Source: Lingula anatina (Eukaryota; Animalia; Brachiopoda). From it: a stretch of 64,000 nucleotides of DNA. The position numbers were made by a program, and so were the translations under genes. The stretch spans positions 27,862,503 through 27,926,502 of the forward strand of contig CM120640.1 of the NCBI GenBank assembly GCA_051362555.1, written 5' to 3'. The notes beneath the pieces were generated by a model. The model was not told the DNA's origin, did no database searches, and saw only the letters and a program-made list of their open reading frames with translations. This document shows, one piece after another, positions 1-18,544 of the stretch (position 1 is its first letter; each line of letters starts with the position of its first letter).

Positions 1-191
1 TTCTATAATAAATAATTATAAATGGTAAAAGAAATTAAAATGAGTCAAAATGCTGCACATCACTACCTTGACATAATTGATCCCCTAACCTTCAAATTGC
101 AATGGAAGAGCAGAATATAAAATAGTGCAACTACATTCCAAAATGGCATCTATCACAAAAAATTTCAAAATCTGGGTTTCCACAGACTTAC

Positions 192-1822
192 TGTTGCCAG
201 TAGACACTTGTGTTCTTTGCAGGCAGCAATACATCCCAGCAGACCCACCAAGAACATGAACACACCTGCTGCAAGGGTGATCACTGCAGGAACCAGCGTG
301 TATTTCTGGTCTGCCAAGTCATCATAGTGTTTGTATGTGACAAAGATGTAAGACCCAAGGTAAAATAATCCTGCTGCTGCTGCCTGGAAATATACAGAGA
401 GAACAATACAGTTAGGATGCAATAAATGTCATTTTAGGGTAACAAAATAGTCTCTACTGCAGTTACCTGTATTCACAAGAATGGCAATTAAAGCTAATAA
501 CATACTGCTGTCATTACTCATGTAAGCAGACCTTGAGTACGTGCAGTTGCATCTAGAAATATTCATCAGAATGGCATTTACTTGTGTTGCAACTTTCTGC
601 AGTGCCTCATCAAAAATGCCTAAGTGTGCACTTTTGTAGCCTTTTGTCATGTATCAATTTCAATTTTGAAATTTCTGCCAAATAAATACATGTTTTTCAA
701 TTGAAAATGAAAGAGGAAATGAAAACCTGACTAGCTTTCAGCTTCTGAACTAAATGTTTGTGAATCATCAAATTACCTATGATTCTTAGACATTAAAATG
801 TAGACAAGATCTAGATAAATATAGCATTAACAACAATAACAATAATTAGGGACCTTTCAGGAAAAATGCAAACATGTGTATGTATATGTATGGTGAGAGA
901 GAGAGAGAGAGTGAGAGTGAGTTAAGATCTTGAATTTGGTTTATTTTATAATAAGTTACTTTTGGTCCAATTCTATAAAAAGCTGCTTTTAAAGCATGTG
1001 AATTGTGGGCCAACTTCATACTCTCACTGTGAAATCAAACTAAAAATTCAATCCCAACAACATGTAAATGTCACATTCGTACAAATTACCCCTAAGGTAA
1101 AAATTGTTCTATGAGAATCAGATTTCTATCAGTTTTTACAGTGCTTTCTGCTTTTCAACAATGCAACGGAAACACTGCCCTGTATTGAGACATGAATGAC
1201 ACTACTGGTACCACATGGAAATTTTGATGATCTAGGATGATCAAGGTCAAAAGTGAGAAATTGTACGGAAAAACTACTATATGCGGCTTTTAACAAGCAT
1301 AACAGCATGTATTTGTGAAACAAAATTCACTTACTGTACAAGGAAATCTTAGTCCATTTCATATGCATGTTACCCTGCATTATAAAATCTTAAAACCAAA
1401 AAACTTAACTCTGTTTATACTTATTCCTACTTTCTGTGACAATAGGTAAGGGTTAAATTTAAAGGTGACCAATTTTGACTCATTCTTGAGAATCTAGTCT
1501 TCAATCAAATTGGCATTTATTAAAACATGCATGCAACGTTATGATCTAAACGAGCTACCTCAAAATTTGTTAAGGTATAATAACACTTTTGATTGCTCTT
1601 TCACTTGTTTGTAGTCCTGAGTTAGTGTTTTGACATTTTATTGAACTTACTACCAATCAAGTTGTCACACTAATAACACTAGTAACAGGCTGTGTTTACA
1701 AATTTACTTCACACAATTTTCAGCACAGAATTGAAAATCATACTCTTAGGTCTAGCACCTACCCAAAAAATCAAACTCAAAATAATTAAAACACTTTTGG
1801 CTGTAACACTGCAGGCGCCCAT
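192..1822 (-). CDS. Tetraspanin (TSPAN3/CD63-like), 5' part; coding exons 1763-1822 and 192-383, remainder beyond the left edge
   Basis: Exon 1 reads MGACSVTAKSVLIILSLIFW followed by a GTAGGT donor. Exon 2 (CAG acceptor, GTAAGT donor, 192 nt) reads AAAAGLFYLGSY...VGLLGCIAACKEHKCLLAT, containing the tetraspanin TM2-TM3 signature GxxGCxxAxKExKCLL. Confidence 0.9.
1100..1310. repeat. Probable dispersed-repeat unit (CAAGGTCA-type, Helentron/satellite-associated) in tetraspanin intron 1
   Basis: GGAAATTTTGATGATCTAGGATGATCAAGGTCAAAAG resembles motifs typical of molluscan HINE internal repeats. Judged from memory only. Confidence 0.3.
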
Positions 1823-2223
1823 GATGTTTTGGAATTCCGCTGAAGACTGTTCTTCAAAAAATCACGTCTATTTCACCACAAGACCCAGTTTTCAATGCGC
1901 GGTTTCAACTTGTTGCTGACACATTAGCCACTGTCCCGTGACTTTGACGTATCACGTGATAATTACTCTCTATTTCTAAAAAATATATAATTTCCAACGA
2001 CTTGACAAGCTAATATATTTCATTACTATGATATTATAGTAAATAATATTTGAAGGTTTGGTTTATTTGGTTTATTCAAACTCTCTTGGGGGAACTCTTT
2101 GCTATTATCATGATTTTTTTCATTTATATTGAGAGTATGTATGGGTTCGCCCTAACTTCTTCACGTTTTCCACCTTGGCGGCCATATTGGCAGAATAGCT
2201 GGGGTCTTTCAGAAGCCGGCACG
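1823..2223. promoter_or_regulatory. Probable bidirectional promoter between tetraspanin and ATP5F1A
   Basis: The divergent ATGs at 1822(-) and 2224(+) are about 400 bp apart. Palindromic E-box ATCACGTGAT at 1951-1960; YY1-type GCGGCCATATT at about 2178-2188; locally more CpG. Confidence 0.65.
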
Positions 2224-6913
<4,690 letters not shown>

Positions 6914-9900
6914 TAAAATATATATTGAACTATGTTTATTGATTTGCTTTAATAGAAAATTGGAAAAGTACAAGTTCAAGAGGGAAAACAATACAGATGT
7001 GATGTACCATTGGTTTGAGTGATCTTGCTTTGCACAAACATGGATATAAAATTCACAAATCCACAAAACTTGGAAATAAAAACTATTTAGACTCTGCATA
7101 GAAGAAATCTTTGACAAGTGGGCAAAGATCTACCTTAGTATAAGTGTGGTCCAGTTGTATGTTACAAAAATGATGTGCCGTTCTTAATAAAATTGTTAAC
7201 CAACACAATAAGCTGGTGCTCAATTCTTTTGAGATATTTTCCTGCAGAAAATAGAATTGTCAACAGTTGCCAATGTATATATTTAGGATTGGAGACGGTC
7301 AAATGAGGAAAATACTGCAGTTGGGCATCAGTCTGTTGGAAATGGTATTGAAGAGAATAAAATGAAGTTTAAAAAATGTCTACTAGTAAGTGTTAGAAAA
7401 TGGCATTCACAATGGAGAAGTTTCAACTTCAATTCTTGTTATTAAAAAGATCGATATTCTGCTACAGCAGTTTAATGGTTTGATGAAATCTTTCAAATTT
7501 AGCTTTGGTATTGATCTGCAAGATACAAAACTGCAACAAGTTAACTTTTACACAACTAAATCGTGTCACATTTGGCCCAATTTTGGGGTTTGGTGTATTT
7601 TTGCAGGTATGGCATTAGTCACAAGGTAATGGTTTTAACCTTGTCAAACTGTCATTAAAGCTGCACTACTCTTGCAACTTGGTGCTTGGAATATGTTAAA
7701 ATTAAATAACATTAAAAGAAGAAAATATTAAGACCAAGTCTTCTGGACTACTGGATAGAGTGTATTGCATGATTGAGATAAAAAATAGCTACAAAATCGG
7801 GGCTGCTGCAGCTCTTCGTAAAGTGTTTTCTGTCTCATCATTTGATCATAGAGTGCATCTAAAACCAAAGGATAAAAAGTAGTAAAAGAAATACCAGGTG
7901 TAAACTTCAGAGCTGACCTTTGCCAATATTTCCCCCATCCAATGGAGAATATGTGATAATATTTATTGCAAATGAAGAATATGAGATAACTTTCTGTCAA
8001 GGGTAAAAACAAGCGGAAAAACTACCACAAATATAAGTTGCAAGAGAAATAACGTAGATTCAGTGCATAATATTTAAAAGTACTCTCTATGGTATTTACC
8101 TACCAAAATGAATTTTCTTGGGGGGGGATGATCTACTCATGAGTCGATGCTCGACTCATCTGCTCTTGGAAACCATGTTTTATATTTTCAGTTTTAAGTT
8201 TCAAATTGTGACAGATCAGTAGCTTCACACAGAAAATATACCTTGGGGGAAATTTTCACACTTGTACAATATACTATCAATCTATAATATTACAAGTACA
8301 CAAAGTTTAACTTCTGAATACGCCATTTCCATTTTACTGGTTGGTCCATGATTGGCTCATAAATATTTTAAAAATCAATTAAAAATTATTATCGGGATTA
8401 ATTTTCCGAAATTCATTTACCAGTAGGAGGTGTATAATAATAACAACGTGTGTTAGGTTTGGCATGAGCACACTTCTACAAATAGATTCTCATCAGTGCA
8501 CTCACAAGTACTGTGCATTGAAATTTTTTACCTCAAAGAACCAGTTAATGCTAACTGGCAATTTGCTGTTGCTTTTAATATGCCTGTGTGTGTCATAATT
8601 CCATCAATATGTTCAACAATTGTAGTTATACATACCAAGGAGGTAGCCAGGCTTCTCTGATCTTTTATTCGTTATTTTCCCTTTGTACAAATCCTCTTAC
8701 ATAATTTCCAAATGTTGCATAGCTTAAATGTTTTATCAAAGCATTTAAAACAAAGTTGCTTAAAAATGAATAAATATAAAATGGGATAATATATACAGTC
8801 GTTACAGAAGTATAAATGTTACGAAAATGACTTGTATTTTTACAGGAGTATTAATACTAATATCTGTATACCCTGCTTTTTCAGCGAGAACCAAAACAAT
8901 TACTGGACCTTACTGGGTTTTTGTCATGGCTTTAAGAGTACCCTCAACCAGGGTTACACATTAATTTTTTAATATATATTCATGGCTTTTTCTCCAATTC
9001 TATCCACTTTTCTGTACATAATATCCAAGTGATAATTAGTTTACAGGGTAAGTCACTGTTTATGTTACTACTCAGGCACTGGCACTTGACAAGACACTGA
9101 CAAGTCCCTCTGACAGTAATCAAGGGCAGTCAATTGTTCTACTGTGCAGTGTGACCAATACGCAGTTTAAGGAAAACCTTTCTAATGACTTGTTTGCAAT
9201 ACAGATTTTGGATTGAGCATTTAGCACCTAGGTGTTAGATGTGCGAAAACAACAGAATTTACCTGTGGGCAACAATTATTTGTTCAATCTGTTCTGTTAC
9301 TTTAGCATGCGAGAATTTAAGCATAGAGGTGACTTCATCACTCAGCTGGCCTCTGATAGAGAGTAGTTCTAATCAATGTAATATAATGAACAAAATCAAA
9401 TATCTTTCATTACGAATTTGGTGTCGGGGATCACAGTCATGTATAATGTACATACCACAGCATTTTCTTTGTTTTTATCCATTTAATAAATTTTCAAAAT
9501 GTGTCTTAAATAAACCAACAGACCTAATAAAGTAAACAAAAGGCACTCACTGGTTCATTCATTACCTAAAAATATTGTTGTACAACGCTTCAAGAGTAAA
9601 GTTTTAAATCCGAAAAAAAAAAGAAAATAGAAAAAGAGTTCATTAATAATGCAAAACAATCCATCTGAGATAGAACAAAGCTTACTTTGACAATAGATCA
9701 TAAAGTAAGATTGTTCAAAGACAAAAATATTTCAATTGTGTACAAATACACAAGGTCTTCCATGCAAACATATAAAACTATCTCCTAAAATATATCCAAG
9801 TTTTTGCCTTAACAACTTAAGTTTGCTGGGCAAAAAAAGGCTATTCATCAGAAATTATTAACTGTCAGTCCAATGTCTGCCAAATATGATACTTAAATGT

Positions 9901-10488
9901 AAATGAAAACAAACTCTGAAACCCTCATCATCTGCATTGTTTTAGATGGCAAAAAAGGAATAACATATGGTGTCTTACTTTGCATGTGAGGTCACTGCAA
10001 AAGCAATAGCTTAATGCAATTATACACCATTTACAGCAAATACTAAAATAAGCACAGCATTGGACTGGTGTGCACAGTATATACACTTGTGATAAAAAGG
10101 TATCCCACTTTGCAATAAACTTCAGAAATTTTATCAAAACTTCCAAGAAAATTTTTCAAGTAACAACAGGTTAACCAGAATGCAGACTTATACTCAAATG
10201 AATACATTAAAAATTTGTCACACAGTTCTGAGAAATAGAGGCTAAACATGCATTTCTTTTACATGTTTATATTTACACTATTTACAGTATTGCTATTGAA
10301 CTGTGATTTGTGAATCGTACAATGCAAAAACAACTAATCTGTACATGTCTAACAAACTAATTCAACTATTTTTACACAGTGGTTTTGTATCATCAATCCA
10401 TTGAGCTAGCTAGTTAAGTAGCAGTAGTTGTTTGAACTTCAGTTCTATACTTGGTATAGACAGTTTTTAAACAAAAAATTAAAATTGT

Positions 10489-12095
10489 TTATGAACTTTC
10501 TGTCCTTTTAAATACATTTATCCTCTGAAAAAAGTTTTGTATTCGTCTTGCCCTGTTTCTTTTTCTGTTTCTTTTTTCTAAAGCAATCATTGCCTCTTTT
10601 TCCTTTCTCCTTATTTCTCTAATAAGCGAAGAGAAAGTATCATCAACATTAGTCCTTAAGGCAGCTGAGGTTTCATAAAATGGACAATCAAACTGCTGGG
10701 CTAGTTGACGCCCTTCTTCAGTGCTAACCTGTGAAAGAGAGTAAAATGTCACTCTTTTCAATGGTAGTCTATAATTAATGTCACAAATTCCACATCAAGT
10801 GAGATCAAATGACCACATTACTAAGTATGCAATGTGAACAAGGCCTTCTATCTTATTACATTCTTTAATTTTTTCTGTTACTTCTCAGTATAAAATGAAG
10901 TTGAAATTAGAGGCTGGCATGAACATTAAGTGATCAATATCAGTTTTCCTAAATACATCCAAATATAAAAGTGCTACTTTTTAAGTCTCTGAACACTGGT
11001 CACAGAAAAAATTACGTTAAATTCTATGGATTATTTTATACTTGGCAAATAAACATGATGATACATACTTTTCTCAATTCTTCCAGATCACATTTGTTAG
11101 CAGCTAAAACACAAGGGATATCATCCCTATTTCTAACTCTGTCGATCAGCTGTTTGTAAGCAATAGCCTCTTCAAAACTACGTCTTTCTATCATGGAGTA
11201 ACAAATAATGAAGCCTTCTCCTTCTCGCATGTACTGGTCTCTCATAGCAGTGAACTCTGGCTATTGATGAGAAGAAAAAAACATTTTATAGCTACTCGCA
11301 GTTAACTAGCTCTAACATTATAATATCCTTAAAGTGTGCATCAATTTGTAAAATTAATAATTAAATTAACAAATATTAGACTGGGTTCCCATGCCTGGAT
11401 TGATCCATCTGGATCGGTCTAACTCCCCAGGGAGATAGATAAATCCAAATATCTGTGGGAATGTTCCCTTAAATATCAAAATGATGGTAATGTCTTGTGC
11501 TTTGGACTTATAATGCTTTATACAAGGCTAATAATGCTTTATGTCAATTATATTAGTCTTATATTAAAATATATCTACATTCAATTTTTTAAAAAAAGAC
11601 TACTTTTATGGTTGAACTTATGTACATACCTGTCCAGCAGTGTCCAGTATATCTAGCTGTGCAGCCTCCCCATCAATAACAGCTTGATGCTGATAAGCAT
11701 CCTCTGAAAACAGTACAACAATATAGTATTGTAACTTCACAGTTATAATTGAATTGTCCTCTCACTCAACAAAAGTAGCAGCCTCTTCATTTCAGTGCTT
11801 TTCAAAGTAATACACATGGCCATACTGTATCATCAAAGAGGTTGAACTCCTAAGGAGGAGGTATGTAGAGCACAATTTTGGTATTTTGTCTCTTTCACAC
11901 AGAGTACATTTGACATAATATGTGAACAGAGTAACTATATCTGGCTTTCTTTGTCCAAATTGTGCTCATGAAATATAACACATGTGCTGGGCTTATTACA
12001 GGTATGCCCTTATTTGGTGAGCATTTCTAAATCTAAGTTTTGACCTTCAGCAGATGTTCATCAATGAAATGTGATCTAAACTTTCTTAATATAAA

Positions 12096-12147
<52 letters not shown>

Positions 12148-13381
12148 ACCTATGGTTGGATCATGATAATCCAAAAAGCGATGGCAGACAAACTGCATAG
12201 TTAAAGCTAAATAAAAAAAGAAATAAGGCATGAATGATTAGAACGTGTATAATTGCAAGTTCATACTGTAATATGCTACATATGTACCACATGAATCATA
12301 TTTTTCTTTTCAAATAAAAAAATCAGAAGGAAGTAACTACCACAACAAAGTTATTTGTTTTACTTTACTTACATTTATGTCATTTAAAAAATGTAGACAT
12401 TTCAGTCTTCCATTCAACAATAAAAGACATGTCACAGGTCGATCTCTCAGGATATATTGTGAAACATCAACCACTCGTGAAATTCCATCAAATTTGATTT
12501 AGTTTCAAAATATACAATGAGTTCATAACAAAAGCTTACGTATAATAAAAGAAGCACTTTGTAATACCACAGAGCATGTTGTGGCTGACTAATTACTGGG
12601 GCAGTACATCACCGTTGGTGATGAAATCCATTGGTTTTAGTGATTCTAACAACTGGAAGAGTTTCTGGGAAGTAGCACAGAACGGAAGCATAAATAAATA
12701 AATTAAACCAAATAAATAAACTGTTTGCATTTCACACCAAAATGAATCTTACCACCAGAGAATTGGGGTGAAATGGATGCTAATATTTTGAGTGAAGTCA
12801 AGTTTTAAAAGAGAATCAATGAAAAGAAATTGAAGCTTGAGTTTCATGATTCAAAATATGGCCTTCAAAATATTTTTCTTTCAAAAATAAAAATTAATTT
12901 CGTTCGTCAGTACTGTAGTTTTCAAATATTTTTTGGTCAGCTGTTATGGTTAAAACGTCCTTTAAATATCATTTTTCATATCAGTGTAACCGCCTACATA
13001 CATACATAATTTTAGCCTTCCTCTTAGTCATATTTTCTGTCACAAGGCAAAATGTTACTACGATGTGAATTCACTTTACTTTACCTATTCTATTATAATC
13101 CATAAACTGACTTATTTTCCTTTAAGTGGGATAACAAACCTTCAGCTAAATGTCTGAATGTTTACGTATGCGTAGAAACTAAAGGTATTTTCAGAATTTA
13201 ATCCAAATTATTAGACCAGTGACTGATAAGATAAACTTTCTCATTGCGCCCTTCTCATTGTCAGATCTAAGTATAATTTCGTCTTACCGCTCTTTCCAAC
13301 ACCTCCATCTCCCAATATTACAACTTTGTACACTCGTACACCTGGTTTCTGTTGTGAGTTAGTCGCTTGTGGTGCGCTCAT
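10489..13381 (-). CDS. RIT1: RIT/Ric-family Ras-like GTPase, complete (218 aa); exons 13288-13381, 12150-12206, 11630-11703, 11069-11260, 10489-10728
   Basis: Spliced ORF of 657 nt with GT-AG introns. G1 [11 protein letters not shown]-specific effector loop YHDPTIEDAY, G3 DTAGQ, G4 NKCD, G5 ETSA. The C-terminus is polybasic with no CAAX box, typical of RIT1/RIT2/Ric; the gene may be co-orthologous to both vertebrate genes. Confidence 0.95.
11371..11449 (-). mobile_element. Short copy of the same Helentron-like family with the palindrome collapsed, in RIT intron 3
   Basis: Shares AAATA..GACTGGGTTCCCATGCCT(G/A)GAT(T/C)GATC and the ATCCAAA end with the 48.4-kb element, but has only a mini inverted repeat. 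Confidence 0.6.
12097..12145. repeat. (CA)n microsatellite abutting the RIT exon 2 donor
   Basis: About 24 CA units directly visible. Confidence 0.95.
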
Positions 13382-13577
13382 TGTACGGTTTGTTGAATCT
13401 TATCAATTGCGTTACAGTTATTAGCTACATTTATACACCAAGTCTATTTTTGACAAACACAATAACCGGAAACGATACTACTTTTGACTGAAGGTGTCGC
13501 TTTATTACAAGAGAGCCTAATGTTACTGAATAAGTAACGTCAACTCCAGACGCAGAGTGCTATCTGGTTTGTCTTTT

Positions 13578-13847
13578 CACGTCCCCACACAGCGTTATTC
13601 CCCCACAACGTTACATATCACTGCATTGTTACTTCCCAAGGAATATTATTATTATTGATATTGGCCTACCCATATGTTCAGCACTCCCCCACAACTTTGC
13701 TCCGTCCCATTGGTCTTTGAATCAGCCCGTTTGAATGGCGATTACCACTTTTGGTTCCCAGTGTTTACAGTAAGGTTTTTAAATGACCATGTCGCGTGTT
13801 TACAAGCTGGGAGTAACAATATGGGGGAGTTACGGTGCGGTGACGTA
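13578..13847. repeat. Degenerate inverted-repeat element (old MITE?) upstream of RIT
   Basis: CACGTCCCCACACAGCGTTATTCCCCCACAACGTTAC is imperfectly complementary to GTAACAATATGGGGGAGTTACGGTGCGGTGACGTA. Confidence 0.4.
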
Positions 13848-14275
13848 AGGATGTATTAACGTACCCGAGTAAAAAGAGAACGAATCAGTTATTGATCACA
13901 ACCTCTACACATAATCAAGGTTATACAACACAAAGCTCTAGCTTAAATAGCTGTGTGGTTTCGCTGTCGTGTGTCTCTGAAGGAATCGAAACAAGGTCAT
14001 AACATCGGTGATTTCACGCTCAGCTGATGACAGGATTTCCTTACACATTGTTGTTTTGTGAAAACCATACTGTATTTCAGATATTTAAATCCCGGAATTG
14101 AACGATTTGTATAGTTTACGTATATGGGAGAAAATACTGTGTAGGCCTACCGAAGTTGAAAAGGGACACGATAGTAACGCACAACAACCCGTTTTCTTCA
14201 CCCATCAGAATTTGTGACGAAGAGCAATTTTTTGTTTTTCTCTAGTGTGTGTGCCGTAAATTATCCCTGATATGA

Positions 14276-14316
<41 letters not shown>

Positions 14317-14611
14317 ATTTTTCTGAGAGCGTTCTTTTCCATAACGTAGCCTACAGCAGCAAAACAGTTTGAGCGTCATTTTTCAAATAAGATTTCAAAA
14401 GTTTAAAATACACAGCAATGTTTGGAAACACAAAATTGTTTGTTATAATTGTAATCCAACTGTAATCCAACACATGGGAATAGAGGGCCTGTTTTGACAA
14501 AATTTCAAAGATGATAACCCATTGTTGTTACCCAGTATCGTGGACGTGCAGATATAGGCCTACATATCACATATAGGCCTACCAGTATAACGAACATACC
14601 CATTCTGTAAA

Positions 14612-14613
<2 letters not shown>

Positions 14614-14656
<43 letters not shown>

Positions 14657-14930
14657 TAATTAATTAATTAATTAATAATAATAAAAGATTATTAGGACTT
14701 GTTTCCATCCCACACAAATCAAGTAAGATTCTGAGTAGTAACCATTCTTTCTCTGTGTCTTAAACAGGTTTCTAGGTATTGCGCTACGGTAGCGACAATG
14801 TCCATCTCTTTAGAACCCATAAGCAAAATAAATAATTCTTTTTCACTGAACCCTTCAAGTGATATAACATACTCTAGCTTCATACTCATTTGGAGAATGA
14901 GAAGCAATAAGAGCAAGCGTCCGGTCAATA
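14614..14930 (-). mobile_element. Short 3' remnant of a CR1/L2-like LINE with (TTA)n tail
   Basis: Minus-strand FILLMGS...VAQYLETCLRHR resembles LINE ORF2 C-termini and is followed by a (TTA)n tail at 14614-14683. Confidence 0.45.
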
Positions 14931-17900
14931 TAGGCCTACATGTACCTATTGGCCTAACAGCTGGCCATACATATCTTTAACATGATATCAATGAAAATCA
15001 TGCCTTATTTTAGGGATTTTATTACGACTGCAAATGACCAGCGGACAATACACGAGGCCCATATTTAGGCTACAATGATATGAATAATGCTGAGTTTGGG
15101 ATATTTTCTCCACCAATGTGACAACACCTCACATAAGTAGGCCTAAAATTTTCATCCCCATTTTAGCCACCCCCACCCCCCGCCCCACAGCACAAATTGG
15201 ACCGTTTCAGACTTTGTAATGCTTTCAATTTGATGAAACGGATTTAAACTTGGGATGTAGCTCATTCTCCGTCCACGAATTAATAACTTATTACTGACAA
15301 GACTGTAGGAAGACGTTGACAGTTGCCTCCATCAATCTTTATCTCGAATGACGTGCAATACCTATGCTATTAGCTTATAAACGTGCTCGGTTGAGAAGTT
15401 ATGGACTTGTTATGCATTGCCAGCTGCCAAAGCTTAAATGCCAACAAATGACAGAAATGTCTGCACGCTGTGAGACTAAAAGACTACAAATTAATTTAGC
15501 AATATACTGCTATGAATGTATATTTGTACTTTATCAAAGCGCCAACGAACATGATGTATGAGCTGTGAAAAATGAGGATTTTGAAACAGTTATCTTAAGC
15601 GAAAAGTTCAGTTGGGGATTTCAAAGATCAAATCTATGAATGGCGAGTAATAAATAAGCCTACTTTCAAGTATTAAAATAAGCTCAAGTCGATTGACTGG
15701 ACTCGGTGACGATTGAGCGATATCTTTATCCGATCAGATTAGTTTTCAAATTGGCTAGGTGACAAAGAGAGATCGCTTCAGTACAATGCTACAAGATTTT
15801 TTAATCTGTAGCTAAAATGATGGGCAGAACATCTTTAACTTAAACGTCAACCCTCCACTAGGCTTTGTCCCCCCCCCCCCCCCCCCAAAAAAAAAAAAAA
15901 AAAAACAAATCTGACAAAAAATCTGAGAGAGACAACTTTAATTAGGTGCAGAGGACCTAGACATGCTTGGTTGTGATAACGGGCATCGTATGAGAAGAAC
16001 ACAGGCTAGGCAAGAGACCAGAGGAAGAGGGGAGGGGGGTCTAGAATTAAAAATAAACATTATGCCAAAACGTCCCGTCCTTTAGACTACTTTCAATACG
16101 AAAATGACAGTTAGTCTTAAACTTCTAATGTGACGAAACCAATAGAAGAAAGAAAATCTTCATCTTATAATACCCAGAACAATAACTCTTCACATCAGCC
16201 TAGATTAATCTCGCTTACAGACCATATGTTTGCTTTCGGAAATCAAACCAACCAATTTTGTATTTACGCGTGTTGTCGCCCTTTTTAAAATTACCATGAA
16301 GTTGAGTTTCTAACACAATTGTTTATATTAGAACCAAAGCTGTCAAAGTTCTCCTAACTAAGATTTTTTAATGTGTTTAATTTCTTTAACTAAGCATCGT
16401 TATCTTTACCTTAGTGCCCAATAACAATTCTGATAAAAATACTGTATGGCAGTGAGTTTAAAGTTTTCTTTTTAAGAAATAAATTTAACATTTGCCCTAT
16501 TTAACGTTAATTTTTTTGTTTTATATATCTCACGGTAGAGCATCAAGTTCGATTTATATAAAAAATAAAAAATCGTCAATTCACAATCATAGGAAATGAA
16601 AAGTGGCTTTCACGGGTAACGGAAATACCCAGTGGGACCCTCTAGACGGAATTTCGATCTGCCTGGTTTTGGTGGTTTGCTTCTCAAGACAACTGTGACA
16701 TACGTGTGTAACTATGTACATAAACGTTTGGAGGTCTGTAATTTAGGGTCAGACCAGCAAAATTTGAAACTATTAAAACTGAAATGCCGCTATTATTACG
16801 ACAAAACCACATATCCTTATCACGATACAATCTGTTCGGTCTGTTGTCGTGATAACTAGAACCAACCTCCATATGCATCATAAACATGCCTCTACCGTTG
16901 CAAGCAACAGTACATGTAACTGGAAACGATAGAGGCTTATACTGTTGATAAAGGTTAGTTCCAAGTAATCTCTGCATCTCGGTGTTTATTGGTCTGTGCT
17001 TCCGAACGAATTAGATTTATTAGTAGACGTACTTGTTTTTAACATTCATGTTGACAACACCAAGTCACGCATAGTGACGTTTATTAGTGAACGTAAAGAC
17101 CTGTGTGCAAGCGATACTCTTGTAAGTATGCCTATGAGGTCGACATTTTACAGATATGGCGTTTAAAAAGCCATTGACTCTATATATACCGTCATGCAAA
17201 AGAAGTATTTGCTTCAGATGTTTGATATTTGATTTATTAATGTAATTTGAATGTTACACATTTGGACAAACCTAAGGATGTGCGCCGAGACCAACAAGGG
17301 ATTTGGAAAATAAAGCAATACATTAATGCAGTCAATCACAGTCACTCTATTTCATTTGGCTTCACTTTTCTGAACTTCAGTTCTTTTTTCGTTGCAAATA
17401 CGTAATGTAAATAACGTTGAATGATTGAATGTTTTTTAAATTATCTTAATTTGATGGCTGTACCCCTTTAAAGTAAATGCTGGCAACATGACTGAGAAGT
17501 TTCATAAATGAAAGAATCGTGCAGCTTATATGCACTTTTGAAATGCCATAGCTTACTGACACGCAAAACAAAACTTTGGTTTACTGCAGTATTTACTGTA
17601 GCAAACAAACGTAGAAGTGAACGGAGTGCATGCGTGACGGACTATCTGTTGGTGCCAGCTAGACTAGCCAGGTTAATCATTCAATCTATTGTCGTTTTAG
17701 GTCTATAAACAATAGTCCATATCTCCCAGTTTACGTGTATGGCACTTTTTACTCCAAATTTGTTTAAACCAACATCAATCATTTTTTTCCTTCTGGTCAG
17801 CACTGCTAATAAGCTGACTCAAAGTAGCTCCGCGGTCTAGGGATAAAATGTAATATATCACAGTCATTTGGGATATGCTTGCAATCATTTGATAATGTGT

Positions 17901-18544
17901 CCAGGATTTTATTTCTGAACGATCTTTACTCAAAGGAATCAAAGTGTAATATGCAGGTAAATTAGAAGTTCGTCAGCTGACATGTAGGATCTTTGAGTGT
18001 GAAATCAGGTAAGATATGATAAGATGAATTTGTGTGATGTAACGGGACAGGATGACGCCCAGACTTGGGAACATGCCAAGAGCTCCCATTACAGATAACA
18101 CAAAATAAACCAACATGACCCTCCTTCCTTCCTGAATTGTGTCTGTAAATCTGCTACCCTTATTGAGACGAACGAAGCTATTTATTTATTTATTTATTTA
18201 TTTATACATGTCTTTTTTTTCTTTTGCAAAAAAAAAAAAAAAAACGTTTAGAAGCTTGTCGTAAAATTCAAAGGGTTTATTTTAGATGCTTTTTTATCAA
18301 ATGGCTCATATTTATTTACTCTCCGATATATTGTTAAAAAGTGTATTGTTTCTGAATAGACTATTTTTTCTGCCTGTTTTTCTAGCTATAATTTATCCCG
18401 TCATGAATTACAGCTCGAAAAACATGTTTGGTTTCTTAACTTTGGCTTTTTCACTTTTTTTATTATCATTAAACAGGAGACAACGAAAAATTTATTTCAG
18501 TAGTTTTATTTTTGTCATTATTTATTTATTTATTTATTTATTTA

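Noticed and set aside
2050-2223. ORF-track N-terminal extension of ATP5F1A from TTG 2050
   Set aside because: It is promoter/5'UTR sequence; ATG 2224 begins a typical mitochondrial presequence.
16530-16556. tRNA-like A/B boxes (GGTAGAGC...GTTCGAT)
   Set aside because: The boxes are too close together and there is no cloverleaf. The lone GGTTCGAAT at about 40204 was rejected for the same lack of structure.
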